Under the pieces are notes generated by a model. It did not search any database. It was not told where the DNA came from and saw nothing but the letters and a program-made list of their open reading frames with translations. DNA of 64,000 nucleotides from Chloroflexota bacterium (GTDB lineage Bacteria; Chloroflexota; Anaerolineae; Aggregatilineales; Phototrophicaceae). Below, one piece after another: positions 45,144-55,087 of the stretch. Position 1 is the first letter of the stretch. Each line of letters opens with the position of its first letter. The translations under genes were made by a program, and so were the position numbers. The DNA lies in the NCBI GenBank assembly GCA_011523515.1, contig WTGO01000069.1, forward strand, positions 71,890 through 135,889, in the 5' to 3' direction.

Positions 45144-46874
45144 TCAAGCGGAAAGAGTGGGCGGCGGGTCTTGCGCGGGTCGGATGTCCAGCAATCGCAA
45201 TTGCAATGAACGCCGGCCATTCCACTCGTTGATTTCCGGGTGATATACGCTGTCGATTCTGCTGGGCATTTGCCGCGACCATTCTCCCAGGCCGAAGCCG
45301 ATGGCGTCGATCGGCGCGGCGCCTTCGCCGGCCAACCGCAGCTTGAGGTGTCTGCCCTCAGCGCCAACGCGTCGACAATGCAGGACATGCAGGGTCCTCG
45401 TCAGGAATGCCGCCTGCGGATTGCCATGCCCGGTCGGTTCCAGCAACTCCAGCTCCGCCAGCAGGGCCGGGCTGAGATCAGCCAGGTTGACCTCGCTGTC
45501 GATTGGCAGCCGACGCTTGAGCTCGCGTCCGCCCAGACTCGCCTGCGCTTTGCGCAGCAATTCCTGACGCAGGACACCGATGTTATCGTTGAGCACGGTG
45601 AAACCAGCCGCCATGGCATGCCCGCCATGTTTGACGAGCAGGTCGGCGCATTCGTCGAGGGCGCGTGTGATGTTGAACTCGGGAATGCTGCGGCAGGAAG
45701 CGCGGCTCTCTTCTTCGCCGACTTCCAGCACAACGCTTGGCCGGTAGTATTCCTCGGAGAGTCGACCGGCGACCAGTCCTACTATCCCTGGCAGCACCTG
45801 ATCATCGCATGCGAAAATCAGGGGCAGGTCATCGGCGTCGGCGACTTGCTCGCTGATTGCCGAATGCGCCGCTTGCGTCAGCCGCTGGCGCTCGCTATTC
45901 AGGTTCTGCAGCTGGGCGGCACAGGGCGTCGCGTCATCCAGAGTCCGCGCAGACAGCAGGTCATAGGCCGTCATCGCCGAGCCCAAGCGCCCGGCGGCAT
46001 TGATGCGCGGCCCCAGGCCGAAGCCGATATTGCTGGCTCTGATCCGCCCAGGTTTTAGCCCGGTCACTCGCGCCAGCGCGGCGATGCCCGGCCGCCTGAA
46101 CTCATTGATCGTGTCAAGCCCATGCCGCACCAGGCGCCGATTCAGACCGATCTTCAGTGACATGATATCCGCCACCGTGCCCAGCGCGACCAGGTCCAGC
46201 AGGTCGGACAGGCGCAGCTCAGCGGGGTAGCTGGCGCGGTCCCTTTCCCAACGGCGCAGCAGCAGCGCTTTGGCCAGCATAAAGGCGACGCCGACGCCGG
46301 CCATTCCCGCTTCGCCCGCGCACTCGTCTTGGCGAGGGTTGATCACGGCGAAGGCCGCCGGCAGTTCCGGTCCGATGGAGTGGTGATCGGTGATGATGAT
46401 GTCCAGGCCGGCGCTTGTGCCCGCCTCGACTTCCGCGATCGAGCGCACGCCGCAATCGACTGTGACCACCAACCGGACGCCGTCCCGCGCCATCTGCAAT
46501 AGCGCCGGCGCGTTCAAGCCGTAGCCTTCTTGGGCGCGGTCGGGGATATAGGGCGAAACAGACGCTCCCAGCGCCTTCAGCGTCTGGACCAAAAGCGTCG
46601 TGGCGCACACGCCATCCGCATCAAAGTCGCCGTAGACTACAGTCGGCTGTCGCCGCTCTATGGCCAGGCAAATGCGGTTGACGGCCTTCTCGACGTCTTT
46701 GAGGGCAAAGGGGTCTTCGTCGAGCGTGCTGCTGTAGACGAAGTCACGCGCGCCGGCAGGATCTTCAAAACCGCGATTGAAAAGCAATTGCGCCAGGATC
46801 GGGCTGAATCCCTCATAGCGCTGCAGGTGCTCGACGTGCGCGGAGGGCGCAAGCGCCCATTCCTTTTGCAACAT
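45144..46874 (-). CDS. recJ: single-stranded-DNA-specific exonuclease RecJ
   Basis: DHH motifs VYGDFDADGVCAT, VTVDCG, IIITDHH, and DHHA1 GGHAMAAG. Confidence 0.92.
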   Translation of the reverse strand: MLQKEWALAPSAHVEHLQRYEGFSPILAQLLFNRGFEDPAGARDFVYSSTLDEDPFALKDVEKAVNRICLAIERRQPTVVYGDFDADGVCATTLLVQTLKALGASVSPYIPDRAQEGYGLNAPALLQMARDGVRLVVTVDCGVRSIAEVEAGTSAGLDIIITDHHSIGPELPAAFAVINPRQDECAGEAGMAGVGVAFMLAKALLLRRWERDRASYPAELRLSDLLDLVALGTVADIMSLKIGLNRRLVRHGLDTINEFRRPGIAALARVTGLKPGRIRASNIGFGLGPRINAAGRLGSAMTAYDLLSARTLDDATPCAAQLQNLNSERQRLTQAAHSAISEQVADADDLPLIFACDDQVLPGIVGLVAGRLSEEYYRPSVVLEVGEEESRASCRSIPEFNITRALDECADLLVKHGGHAMAAGFTVLNDNIGVLRQELLRKAQASLGGRELKRRLPIDSEVNLADLSPALLAELELLEPTGHGNPQAAFLTRTLHVLHCRRVGAEGRHLKLRLAGEGAAPIDAIGFGLGEWSRQMPSRIDSVYHPEINEWNGRRSLQLRLLDIRPAQDPPPTLSA

Positions 46875-46938
46875 AGACTGAGCCGGCGATCTTCCTTAGA
46901 ATGGTGCTCAATATTACCATCACGGTTAGTGAGGCGCT

Positions 46939-47859
46939 ATGGCAAGAATCGTCTTCATGGGGACGCCGGCATTCGCGCTGCCCAGCCTGCGTCAGCTCAT
47001 CCCGGCGCACGATGTGATCGCGGTGGTCACTCAGCCCGATCGCCCGGCCGGGCGCAATAAGCGGCTTAAGCAGTCGCCAGTTAAGCAGTTGGCGGCATCT
47101 GACGGTATACCAATCCTTCAGCCAAGGCGGATCCGCGAGCCGGAGGCGCTGGATATGCTGGCTGATTTGGATGCCGATTTGTTTGTCGTAGTCGCGTTTG
47201 GACAAATTTTGCCGCAAGCGTTGCTCGATCTGCCCAGGCAGGGCGCCTTGAATGTTCATGCCTCATTGCTGCCGCGCTGGCGGGGCGCCGCTCCCATCCC
47301 AGCCGCCATTCGCGCCGGCGATACAGAGAGCGGCGTGACGATTATGCTGCTTGACGCCGGGCTGGATACGGGTCCGCTTCTGTCGCGGCAGGCGGTCACG
47401 CTTGCGCGCGATGAAACCGGGCAGAGCCTGCACGATGGGCTGGCTGTGCTGGGCGCGGACCTGCTCAGCCAGACAGTGCCGCGTTACTTGGCCGGCGACA
47501 TCAGGCCTCAGGCTCAAGATGACGCGCTCGCCACCCATGCGCCCCAGCTCAAGAAGAGCGATGGCAGAATCGATTGGACGCGGCCGGCAGCGGAAATCGA
47601 GCGGCTGGCGCGTGCCTTCACGCCTTGGCCCGGCGCCTTCACCGAATGGCAGGGTAAGCAACTAAAGGTCGTCGCCGGCCGCGAAGGCGAGGGGAATCTG
47701 CCGCCGGGGCAGGTGGCCGATCATAAGGGGACGATTGCCATTGGAACGGGCGCGGGCGTATACCTGCCGTCCGAGCTGCAGATGGCCGGCAAGAAACGCT
47801 TGCCCGTGTCGGACTTTGTGAACGGCTACCGCGAATTTGTCGGCGCGCGCCTGGGATAG
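46939..47859 (+). CDS. fmt: methionyl-tRNA formyltransferase
   Basis: MARIVFMGTPAFALPSL, ALNVHASLLPRWRGAAPI, and a C-terminal Fmt domain. Confidence 0.92.
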   Translation: MARIVFMGTPAFALPSLRQLIPAHDVIAVVTQPDRPAGRNKRLKQSPVKQLAASDGIPILQPRRIREPEALDMLADLDADLFVVVAFGQILPQALLDLPRQGALNVHASLLPRWRGAAPIPAAIRAGDTESGVTIMLLDAGLDTGPLLSRQAVTLARDETGQSLHDGLAVLGADLLSQTVPRYLAGDIRPQAQDDALATHAPQLKKSDGRIDWTRPAAEIERLARAFTPWPGAFTEWQGKQLKVVAGREGEGNLPPGQVADHKGTIAIGTGAGVYLPSELQMAGKKRLPVSDFVNGYREFVGARLG

Positions 47860-47862
47860 TCG

Positions 47863-49230
47863 ATGAAGCCAAGCCCGGAATCGGCCGACAGCCATCCCTT
47901 TTTGACGCGGCGCAACCGAACTATTCTTTATCTGTCGCTGCCGATCCTGCTCTCATTAATTGCGGAACCTGTGACCGGACTGGTCGACACGGGCTTTGTC
48001 GCGCGTCTGGGCACGGCGCCGCTGGCTGCGCTGGGCGTCGGCACTAGCGCGCTGAGCTCGGTGTTCTGGATCTTCGGCTTTCTCGGGATCGGCACCCAAA
48101 CCGATGTCGCGCAGTTGTATGGTCGCGGACAGGTTGCGGCCGCGGGTCGCGCCCTTAGTCTGGCATTCGCCGTCGGTATCGCGTTTAGCCTGCTCTTGAG
48201 CGCTCTACTGATACCGGGCGCCCAGCTCGTGTCGCGGGCACTGGGCGCTGAGGGCGAGGTGTTGGCGCTGGCCACGCAGTATATTCAGTTCCGGCTTCTG
48301 GGCGCGCCGGCCGTGTTGGTCGTCATCGTAGGCTTCGGCGCGTTGCGGGGCCTGCAAGATATGAAGACGCCGCTCTGGATTGCGCTCGTGATCAATGTCG
48401 CCAACATCGGCCTGGACTACTTGCTGATTTTTGGCGCGGCTGGGTTGCCAGCGTTGGGCGTCGCCGGCGCGGCGCTGGCCAGTTCGCTGAGTCAGTGGTT
48501 GGGCGCTGCCTGGATGCTGTGGGAAGTCCATCGCCGGCTGAGACTTAGCCGTGATATCAGCTGGCGGGATAGTTTCCGCTTGCTGCGGGTTAGCCGGGAC
48601 CTCCTGGTCCGCAGCGGATCGCTGACGCTGTTCCTGCTCTTTGCGACGCGGGTCGCGACGCAAATGGGGCCCGAAGCTGGCGCAGCGCACCAAGCTATTC
48701 GGCAAGTCTGGTTCTTCACCGCGTTATTCGTAGAAGCATTTGCCACCACTGCGCAAAGCCTGGTCGGATACTTCTACGGGTCCGGCAGCCTGGATTACGC
48801 CAGGCAAGTCGCCTATTTGACCATGCGCTGGAGCCTGGCGGCGGGCTTGGCGCTGATGCTGGCTATGTTGATCGCGACGCCGGTCGTATCGGAGGTCTTG
48901 GTGCCGACCGACGCCGCATTTGTGTTCACGTTGCCCTGGATTATCGCCTCGGTGTCGCAGCCGCTGAACGCGCTGGCGTTTATCACGGACGGGATTCACT
49001 GGGGCACCAGCGATTACCGCTATTTGCGCAACGCCATGATGCTGGCGACGATCGCCGGGCTGTTCGGCCTGCAACTGGTCTCAAGCGACAGCGCCGAGTC
49101 TTTCAGCGCGGTTTGGCTGGTGACGGTTTGCTGGATTGGAATCCGCGCATTTTGGGGGGTGCTGAGGGTCTACCCCGGCATAGGCGCCAGCCCATTCCGC
49201 TCGACTGTGGCGATCCACAGATCGTCTTGA
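47863..49230 (+). CDS. MATE-family efflux transporter (DinF/NorM-like)
   Basis: About 12 TM helices with an N-terminal ILYLSLPILLSLIAEPVTGLVDTGFVARLG pattern. Confidence 0.85.
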   Translation: MKPSPESADSHPFLTRRNRTILYLSLPILLSLIAEPVTGLVDTGFVARLGTAPLAALGVGTSALSSVFWIFGFLGIGTQTDVAQLYGRGQVAAAGRALSLAFAVGIAFSLLLSALLIPGAQLVSRALGAEGEVLALATQYIQFRLLGAPAVLVVIVGFGALRGLQDMKTPLWIALVINVANIGLDYLLIFGAAGLPALGVAGAALASSLSQWLGAAWMLWEVHRRLRLSRDISWRDSFRLLRVSRDLLVRSGSLTLFLLFATRVATQMGPEAGAAHQAIRQVWFFTALFVEAFATTAQSLVGYFYGSGSLDYARQVAYLTMRWSLAAGLALMLAMLIATPVVSEVLVPTDAAFVFTLPWIIASVSQPLNALAFITDGIHWGTSDYRYLRNAMMLATIAGLFGLQLVSSDSAESFSAVWLVTVCWIGIRAFWGVLRVYPGIGASPFRSTVAIHRSS

Positions 49231-49375
49231 ATCGCCGGCTGCATCACGCGACCAACTATGCTTTTGCGCGTATACGAGTTATCAAGCGAATAATTCTGTG
49301 TCGAGGGTCAGCGCCCCGAAAGCCTTTACTGGCTCAGGATTGCTAGCGACGCATAGAGTCGGAGAATACAGAGCT

Positions 49376-49624
49376 ATGAAAATTGACGTGCGCAAGCGGC
49401 TATATCGTTCGCGCAAGAACCGACAGGTCGCTGGCGCCTGCGCCGGTGTCGCGGATTATCTTGGGGTGGATGCCACGCTTGTGCGCATCGCCTGGGTGCT
49501 GTTTGCGCTAGCCGGCGGGCCCGGCCTGTTGCTCTACATCATTATGGCGGTTATCGTGCCGGAAGAGCCGGAATTCGTCCAGGCAACCGCCGAGAAGTCC
49601 AAGCGCGACGTCGGCGTTACCTAG
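49376..49624 (+). CDS. PspC-domain membrane protein
   Basis: LYRSRKNRQVAGACAGVADYLGVDATLVRIAWVLFAL. GGAGAA upstream of ATG 49376. The ORF-track start 49298 has no support. Confidence 0.75.
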   Translation: MKIDVRKRLYRSRKNRQVAGACAGVADYLGVDATLVRIAWVLFALAGGPGLLLYIIMAVIVPEEPEFVQATAEKSKRDVGVT

Positions 49625-49712
49625 TGTAGGACAGGTCGCAAGCGCTCAATCCAACACCAAAGGACAGAGGGAAATACGCTAACCTCATCAGTTTCAACCC
49701 CCGCCAGCGCAA

Positions 49713-50699
49713 TCAGAGTAGGTCGATGATCGCATCGTGCTCTTGCAGCAATTCCACTTCCGTCGCCCGGATTTTGCCCCGCGCGTAATCGCTCAAGGAC
49801 AGACCGCAGACAATCTCAACCGACCCGTCACCATCGCGCCGTAAGGGGAAGGAATAGATCAGTCCGCTCTCGATCCCGTAGGGATTGCCTTCGCTGGGTA
49901 TGCCGGCGCTGAACCAATCTCCCGGCGCGGTCGGGTTGATCAAGCTACGTATGGTGTCAAGCGCGGCGTTGGCGGCGCTGGCAGCGGAGCTTTTGCCGCG
50001 AGCGTTGATGACAGCGGCGCCGCGCTTCTGTACCGTGGTCATAAACTCGCTTTCGAGCCACTGCCGGTCGTCGATGACAATCTCGGCCGCTTTGCCCTTG
50101 ATGAGCGCGTGCTCGAAATTGGGAAACTGCGTCGCGCTGTGATTGCCCCAGATTGCCACATTGCTCACCTCGCTGACCAGTACGCCGGCTTGCCGCGCCA
50201 GCTGAGACGCGGCTCGATTCTCGTCCAGGCGCGTCATCGCGAACCAGCGATCCGGCGGAACATTCGGCGCATTGGCTTTGGCGACCAGGCAATTGGAGTT
50301 ACAAGGATTGGCCACCACCAGCACGCGAATATCATCAGCGGCATAGTCGTTTATCGCTTGACCTTGCTCGACAAAAATGGGCCCATTGGCGGCGATTAGG
50401 TCGCTGCGCTCCATGCCCGGGCCACGTGGCATGCCGCCCACAAGGATGGCCCAATTGGCGTTCTTGAATGCTACAGCTGGATCATCAGAAATTATGATGT
50501 CATGCAGAAGCGGTTGGGCGCAGTCCTGCAACTCCATAACGACGCCGCGCAAAGCGTCCATCGCCGGCGGAATCTCGAGGATCTGCAGGATCACCGGCTG
50601 CTGCGGTCCAAACACTTCGCCGTTGCCAAGGCGAAAGAGCAAATTGTATGCGATCTGGCCGGCGCCGCCGGTAACCGCAATACGAATCGGTGTGGTCAT
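49713..50699 (-). CDS. mdh: NAD-dependent malate dehydrogenase
   Basis: [20 protein letters not shown] Rossmann N-terminus, [20 protein letters not shown]. Confidence 0.92.
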   Translation of the reverse strand: MTTPIRIAVTGGAGQIAYNLLFRLGNGEVFGPQQPVILQILEIPPAMDALRGVVMELQDCAQPLLHDIIISDDPAVAFKNANWAILVGGMPRGPGMERSDLIAANGPIFVEQGQAINDYAADDIRVLVVANPCNSNCLVAKANAPNVPPDRWFAMTRLDENRAASQLARQAGVLVSEVSNVAIWGNHSATQFPNFEHALIKGKAAEIVIDDRQWLESEFMTTVQKRGAAVINARGKSSAASAANAALDTIRSLINPTAPGDWFSAGIPSEGNPYGIESGLIYSFPLRRDGDGSVEIVCGLSLSDYARGKIRATEVELLQEHDAIIDLL

Positions 50700-50767
50700 G
50701 CCTCTTTGTCCTCTCCGAAGTATTCATCGGGCAAAAGCGCGCCGATTGTACTGGATTTATGCGGGAT

Positions 50768-51391
50768 TTACACTGATGATCCTGATGAACCGCCGAGGTG
50801 CGGCGTTCCAGCGAATGACCGTATCCGCCAGATTTCCTGGTAGCGCTCGAGCGTTGTGATTGACGTATTCACGACCGGCTTGGAAGGCGAGAATGCGAAC
50901 ATAGCGGCGAGAAAAATCATCATCGCCGAGCTGTGCCCGACGATGGCCACAGTCAAGTTGCCGTTGTCCGCATTGGTGATGTCGCGCCAGGCCGCTTCCA
51001 TTCGCAGCTGCACATCCAGGCGGGATTCGCCGCCCGGAACACGATAGCGCCGATAGCCCGACTCCCACTTTTCATAGGCGACTGGGTAGAGCTGCGCCAC
51101 TTCCGCGAAGGTGTGGCCTTCAAAGTCACCGAAGGCGATCTCAGCCAGGCGCTCGTCTTCATATACGGGCAGCGCCAGGTAGCCGCCGATGATCTGGGCG
51201 GTTTCATTTGCGCGCGCGCGTGGACTGGTATAAATCGCGTCAATTGACCAGCCTGCCAGGCATTGCCCCAGCGCATGCGACTCTTGCCTGCCCTGGTCAT
51301 TGAGGGGAACGGGCATCGCGCCCTGCAGGCGCCGCTCGGTATTAAATTCGGTTTGTCCGTGACGAATGATATGGACTTGCTTTACGCTCAT
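50768..51391 (-). CDS. histidine phosphatase family protein (phosphoglycerate mutase-like)
   Basis: HIIRHGQTEFN (RHG motif) and VGHSSAMM (second His). Confidence 0.8.
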   Translation of the reverse strand: MSVKQVHIIRHGQTEFNTERRLQGAMPVPLNDQGRQESHALGQCLAGWSIDAIYTSPRARANETAQIIGGYLALPVYEDERLAEIAFGDFEGHTFAEVAQLYPVAYEKWESGYRRYRVPGGESRLDVQLRMEAAWRDITNADNGNLTVAIVGHSSAMMIFLAAMFAFSPSKPVVNTSITTLERYQEIWRIRSFAGTPHLGGSSGSSV

Positions 51392-51478
51392 CGCATCCTC
51401 TCAGGCTTGACGGATTGTGCGGCGACAGGCAGAATTCCTGGCGACAGTGAAGTTTATCATATAGAAGGCAGTGATCGA

Positions 51479-51760
51479 GTGACAGACGAACGCGATGCAA
51501 CTGTAAGGCAGCCGAGCAAGTTGACCTTGTACGGCCTGGCTATGGTCGGCGGTGTTGGCTTGACCCTCATGATGCTCGGCGCCAGCATAGGCGTGATCTA
51601 CGGAACGGCGCTGGATGGGGAAGCGACGCATTCCCTAGGTCTGATGATCGTCGGCGGCCTGCTGCTGTTAATCCTCGCTATCGGCTTCTGGCTGGGATGG
51701 GTGCGCCCCTTTGAGCGCTTTGACGACATCAATATCCCGGCGGAGCCCGAGCATCACTGA
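51479..51760 (+). CDS. small hypothetical membrane protein (two TM helices)
   Basis: LTLYGLAMVGGVGLTLMMLGASIGVIYG and LGLMIVGGLLLLILAIGFWLGW. The ORF-track start 51263 overlaps the opposite-strand gene, so in-frame GTG 51479 was chosen. The start is uncertain. Confidence 0.4.
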   Translation: MTDERDATVRQPSKLTLYGLAMVGGVGLTLMMLGASIGVIYGTALDGEATHSLGLMIVGGLLLLILAIGFWLGWVRPFERFDDINIPAEPEHH

Positions 51761-51768
51761 ACGCCTTG

Positions 51769-52272
51769 ATGACTGAGCAATCGAATCCCGATAGACAGCC
51801 GATTTCAGAGTGTGTTTCGGCGGTGGCGACGCGCCTGGACGGCAACTCGCTGCTATCGCCGAGCAGTCTTGGTTCGGGCGAAGTACTGGCGCAGGGCGAT
51901 CTGACGCTGCGCTATGGCATTACTTACTTGGGCAAGCCGCAATTTTCCATCGTGCCGGATCTGGTCGTGGCGGATTATGGCGAAATGCTGGTCGGCGAAA
52001 CCATGTGGCAGTTTCTGATGCAGAGCGCGCATCTCTACCCGCGCGCTGACGCCTGCGGCTGGGATCGGGACGGCAAGGAAGCGATGGTTTTGCTCAAGCA
52101 GCTAGACTTCGACTATCCTTACGATGTCTTCGTCTACCGCGAAGGCAGTGATCGCAAGCCACTGGCGCGCCTCTCCGCTCTAATCGCCAGCGAGTTGACG
52201 CACTATCCGCAGCGCCTGCTTTTTCACCTGCCACATTTCGAGAGTGTCGACGCCTGGCGCGCGCATGGATGA
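51769..52272 (+). CDS. hypothetical protein
   Basis: 167-aa ORF whose stop overlaps the era start by 8 nt (ATGGATGA). No recognisable motif. Confidence 0.5.
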   Translation: MTEQSNPDRQPISECVSAVATRLDGNSLLSPSSLGSGEVLAQGDLTLRYGITYLGKPQFSIVPDLVVADYGEMLVGETMWQFLMQSAHLYPRADACGWDRDGKEAMVLLKQLDFDYPYDVFVYREGSDRKPLARLSALIASELTHYPQRLLFHLPHFESVDAWRAHG

Positions 52273-53203
52273 GTTGGATTCGATCTTCAGCGACGACTGG
52301 GGCGATGACCACCGCTCGGGCCTGGTTGCGGTAGTGGGACGACCCAATGTCGGCAAGTCCACGCTGATCAATGCTGTGCTGGGCCAGAAGGTCGCCATTG
52401 CCACCCCCAAACCGCAAACCACCAGGCAGCGACAGCTGGGCATCCATACGACTGCCGAGGCGCAAATACTGTTCATTGATACACCGGGCATTCACAAACC
52501 CCGAACGCGGCTCGGCGACTATATGCTGAGCGTGGCGCGCCATGCGCTAAGGGATGCGGATGTCGTTCTCTGGATCGTTGATCTCGCTTCGTCTCCGCGC
52601 AAAACTGACCGTCAAATCGCCGACGCAATTCGCCTGTTCGCGCGCCATTCGCCCGTCGTCCTGGCTCTCAACAAATGCGACCTCGTCGCCGCGGAGTCTG
52701 ATTTCGGCGCGCAAAGGTCGCTGTTCGATACCCCACATGTGGTGCTCACGAGCGCAACTGAACCACGTGGCTTGTGTGACCTGCTCAATTGCCTGACGCC
52801 GCTGCTGCCGCTGGGCCCGCGCTATTTCCCGGCCGATCAGGTCAGCGAAGCCAATCTGCGTTTCATCGCGGGCGAAACCGTTCGCGAGAAGATCATCGAG
52901 TTGACCAGCGAGGAGCTCCCCCATACAGTCGCGGTGGAGATCATGGGTTTTGAAGAAACGCCGGACATCAGCCGGATTGAAGCCGTCATCTATGTCGAGC
53001 GAGAATCGCAGAAGGGCATCGTGATTGGCAAGCGCGGCAGCATGATCAAGCGCATTGGTGTGGCCGCGCGCGCCGAACTACAGGAGATGCTTGAGACTAA
53101 AGTCCATTTGGAAACACGTGTCAAGGTGCTGAAGAATTGGCGCAGCAACGAAGCTTTCATGCGGCGTCTTGGCTATGCGCTTCCCAAAGGCAAGGCCGGC
53201 TAG
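52265..53203 (+). CDS. era: GTPase Era
   Basis: G1 GRPNVGKST, G3 DTPG, G4 NKCD, and a C-terminal KH domain (GIVIGKRGSMIKRIG). Confidence 0.92.
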   Translation: MDELDSIFSDDWGDDHRSGLVAVVGRPNVGKSTLINAVLGQKVAIATPKPQTTRQRQLGIHTTAEAQILFIDTPGIHKPRTRLGDYMLSVARHALRDADVVLWIVDLASSPRKTDRQIADAIRLFARHSPVVLALNKCDLVAAESDFGAQRSLFDTPHVVLTSATEPRGLCDLLNCLTPLLPLGPRYFPADQVSEANLRFIAGETVREKIIELTSEELPHTVAVEIMGFEETPDISRIEAVIYVERESQKGIVIGKRGSMIKRIGVAARAELQEMLETKVHLETRVKVLKNWRSNEAFMRRLGYALPKGKAG

Positions 53204-54139
53204 CTACCGGCGATCCGCGCCCAGATGACGCCGCGTTTCGGCGATATCCTGCTTAATTTGCGCGACCAACTCGTCCAGCCCGCTGAATTGCAATTCCGCC
53301 CGCAGCCGCTGTTCAAATCGCAGCTCCAGCATCTCGCCATATATGTCGCCGCTGAAATCCAGCAGATGCGCTTCAATGGTGATGTTGTCGCCGGCGAAGG
53401 TTGGCCGGCGGCCGATGTTGGTCGCGGCCATGTAGGCGTCTTCGCCCAGGACCGCCCGGGTGGCATACACGCCATTGGCCGGCACGAGCTGCTCGTCCCA
53501 AACCGCCAAATTAGCAGTCGGCACGCCGATTGTGCGGCCGCGTTTGTCACCAACGACGACCCTTCCCGCCAGCGCATAGGCACGCCCGAGCATGTCGCGC
53601 GCCTCGCCAACGTCGCCCTGGCGCAGGCGCTCTCTGACTTTGGAGCTGCTGATGAGTTTGTCGCTGCCAATGGCGGTGATGAGATCGACCGCATTGACGT
53701 CAAAACCGTGCATTGCGCCTTGCGCGCGCAGAAATCGTACATCGCCCTCGCGCTGGAAGCCCAGGGCGAAGTCGGCGCCAACCCACAGTTCCTTCATGCG
53801 CAGGTTGTCAACCAACTTGCGCACAAATGCCGCAGCCGAAAGCTGGCGAATACTATCGTCAAATGGCAGCGTGATGACGGTGTCCACGCCATGTGTCAAC
53901 AGCAGCTCGGCGCGTTTCTCGGGCGTAGTGAGATAGTAGCGCTCGCTGGTTTTGTCCAAGACCTTGTCAGGGTGGGGGAAAAACGTGACGGCGATGGTTT
54001 GATACCTCGCGGCGCGCGCGCGATCAACCAGATTCTTGATTAGACTCTGATGACCGCGATGTACGCCGTCGAAGACGCCGATAGTCACAAGCGAGTCTGA
54101 TTCAAACGCTGCGTCTCCGAAATTGCGCAAGTGTCTCAT
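53204..54139 (-). CDS. ribF: bifunctional riboflavin kinase/FAD synthetase
   Basis: VTIGVFDGVHRGHQ, GRVVVGDKRGRTIGVPTANL, E..LLDF kinase module. Confidence 0.92.
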   Translation of the reverse strand: MRHLRNFGDAAFESDSLVTIGVFDGVHRGHQSLIKNLVDRARAARYQTIAVTFFPHPDKVLDKTSERYYLTTPEKRAELLLTHGVDTVITLPFDDSIRQLSAAAFVRKLVDNLRMKELWVGADFALGFQREGDVRFLRAQGAMHGFDVNAVDLITAIGSDKLISSSKVRERLRQGDVGEARDMLGRAYALAGRVVVGDKRGRTIGVPTANLAVWDEQLVPANGVYATRAVLGEDAYMAATNIGRRPTFAGDNITIEAHLLDFSGDIYGEMLELRFEQRLRAELQFSGLDELVAQIKQDIAETRRHLGADRR

Positions 54140-54182
54140 AGCACTTGGTTCAGGTTCCGTCTGTCACCATGTCCAGATTGTA

Positions 54183-55082
54183 TCAAGATCGCAGCGGGAA
54201 TACTTTATGCGGTTTCCAAAGCTCAGCGCGCGCTTCGAGTACGGCGACCAGTCGCTGATTCGAGTCAAAGGCGAAGGCGGTGGCCGCTTGGACGCCTGCA
54301 TGGCGTTCGATGAATCTGCCTTGTTGGACGCGCTGTATTTCTTGCGCGGTGAGGGTGACGCAAGTTCTGCCTGAGAGCGCGTCGAAGGGCGAGATGATTT
54401 GGCTCGTCCATTGCTCGTCCTGCATCACAGAGTCGAGCGCAAGGCTATTGCCTACGTGAAACGCGCCGCTCGCGATGCGGGTCAGGCCTGAGAGGTAGGC
54501 GCCTGCCTCCAGCGCCGCGCCCAGGTCGTTGGCCAGGGTACGAATGTAGGTGCCGGCCCCGCATTGAATCTCAAGCTCTAGAACGGGCGGATTCCAAGCA
54601 ATGATGTCTATTGAATGAATCGTCACGTTACGTTCGGGTCGAGCAACGGTTTGGCCGGCTCGCGCCAGTTCGTATAGTTTCTTCCCCTTGACTTTGACTG
54701 CGCTGTACATCGGCGGCACCTGCCGGATTTCACCGATGAATTGAGGCAAGGCGTCCTTGATGTCCGCCAGCGAGAGGCGGCTGGCGTCTCCTGTGGCCAC
54801 GACATCGCCCGCCGCGTCAAATGTGCTGGTAGTCGCTCCGAAGGTAATCCGCGCGCGGTAGACTTTGCGGCTGCGCATCATGTATTCGCTGAGCCGCGTC
54901 GCCGCGCCCAGGCAGATGATCAGCACACCGTCAGCTAGCGGATCCAGTGTCCCGGCATGGCCGACTTTCACTTTGCAGCCGGCGGACCTACAGCGGCGGC
55001 GAATTGCCGCGACTACGTCGTGGCTGGTCAAGTGCAGCGGTTTGTTTACGTTGAGGAATCCGGCGAGGACGGAGTCGCGCAA
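54183..55082 (-). CDS. truB: tRNA pseudouridine(55) synthase TruB
   Basis: GFLNVNKPLHLTSHDVV, GHAGTLDPLADGVL (catalytic Asp), PPMYSAVKV. TTG start. Confidence 0.9.
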   Translation of the reverse strand: MRDSVLAGFLNVNKPLHLTSHDVVAAIRRRCRSAGCKVKVGHAGTLDPLADGVLIICLGAATRLSEYMMRSRKVYRARITFGATTSTFDAAGDVVATGDASRLSLADIKDALPQFIGEIRQVPPMYSAVKVKGKKLYELARAGQTVARPERNVTIHSIDIIAWNPPVLELEIQCGAGTYIRTLANDLGAALEAGAYLSGLTRIASGAFHVGNSLALDSVMQDEQWTSQIISPFDALSGRTCVTLTAQEIQRVQQGRFIERHAGVQAATAFAFDSNQRLVAVLEARAELWKPHKVFPLRS

Positions 55083-55087
55083 GCGAG

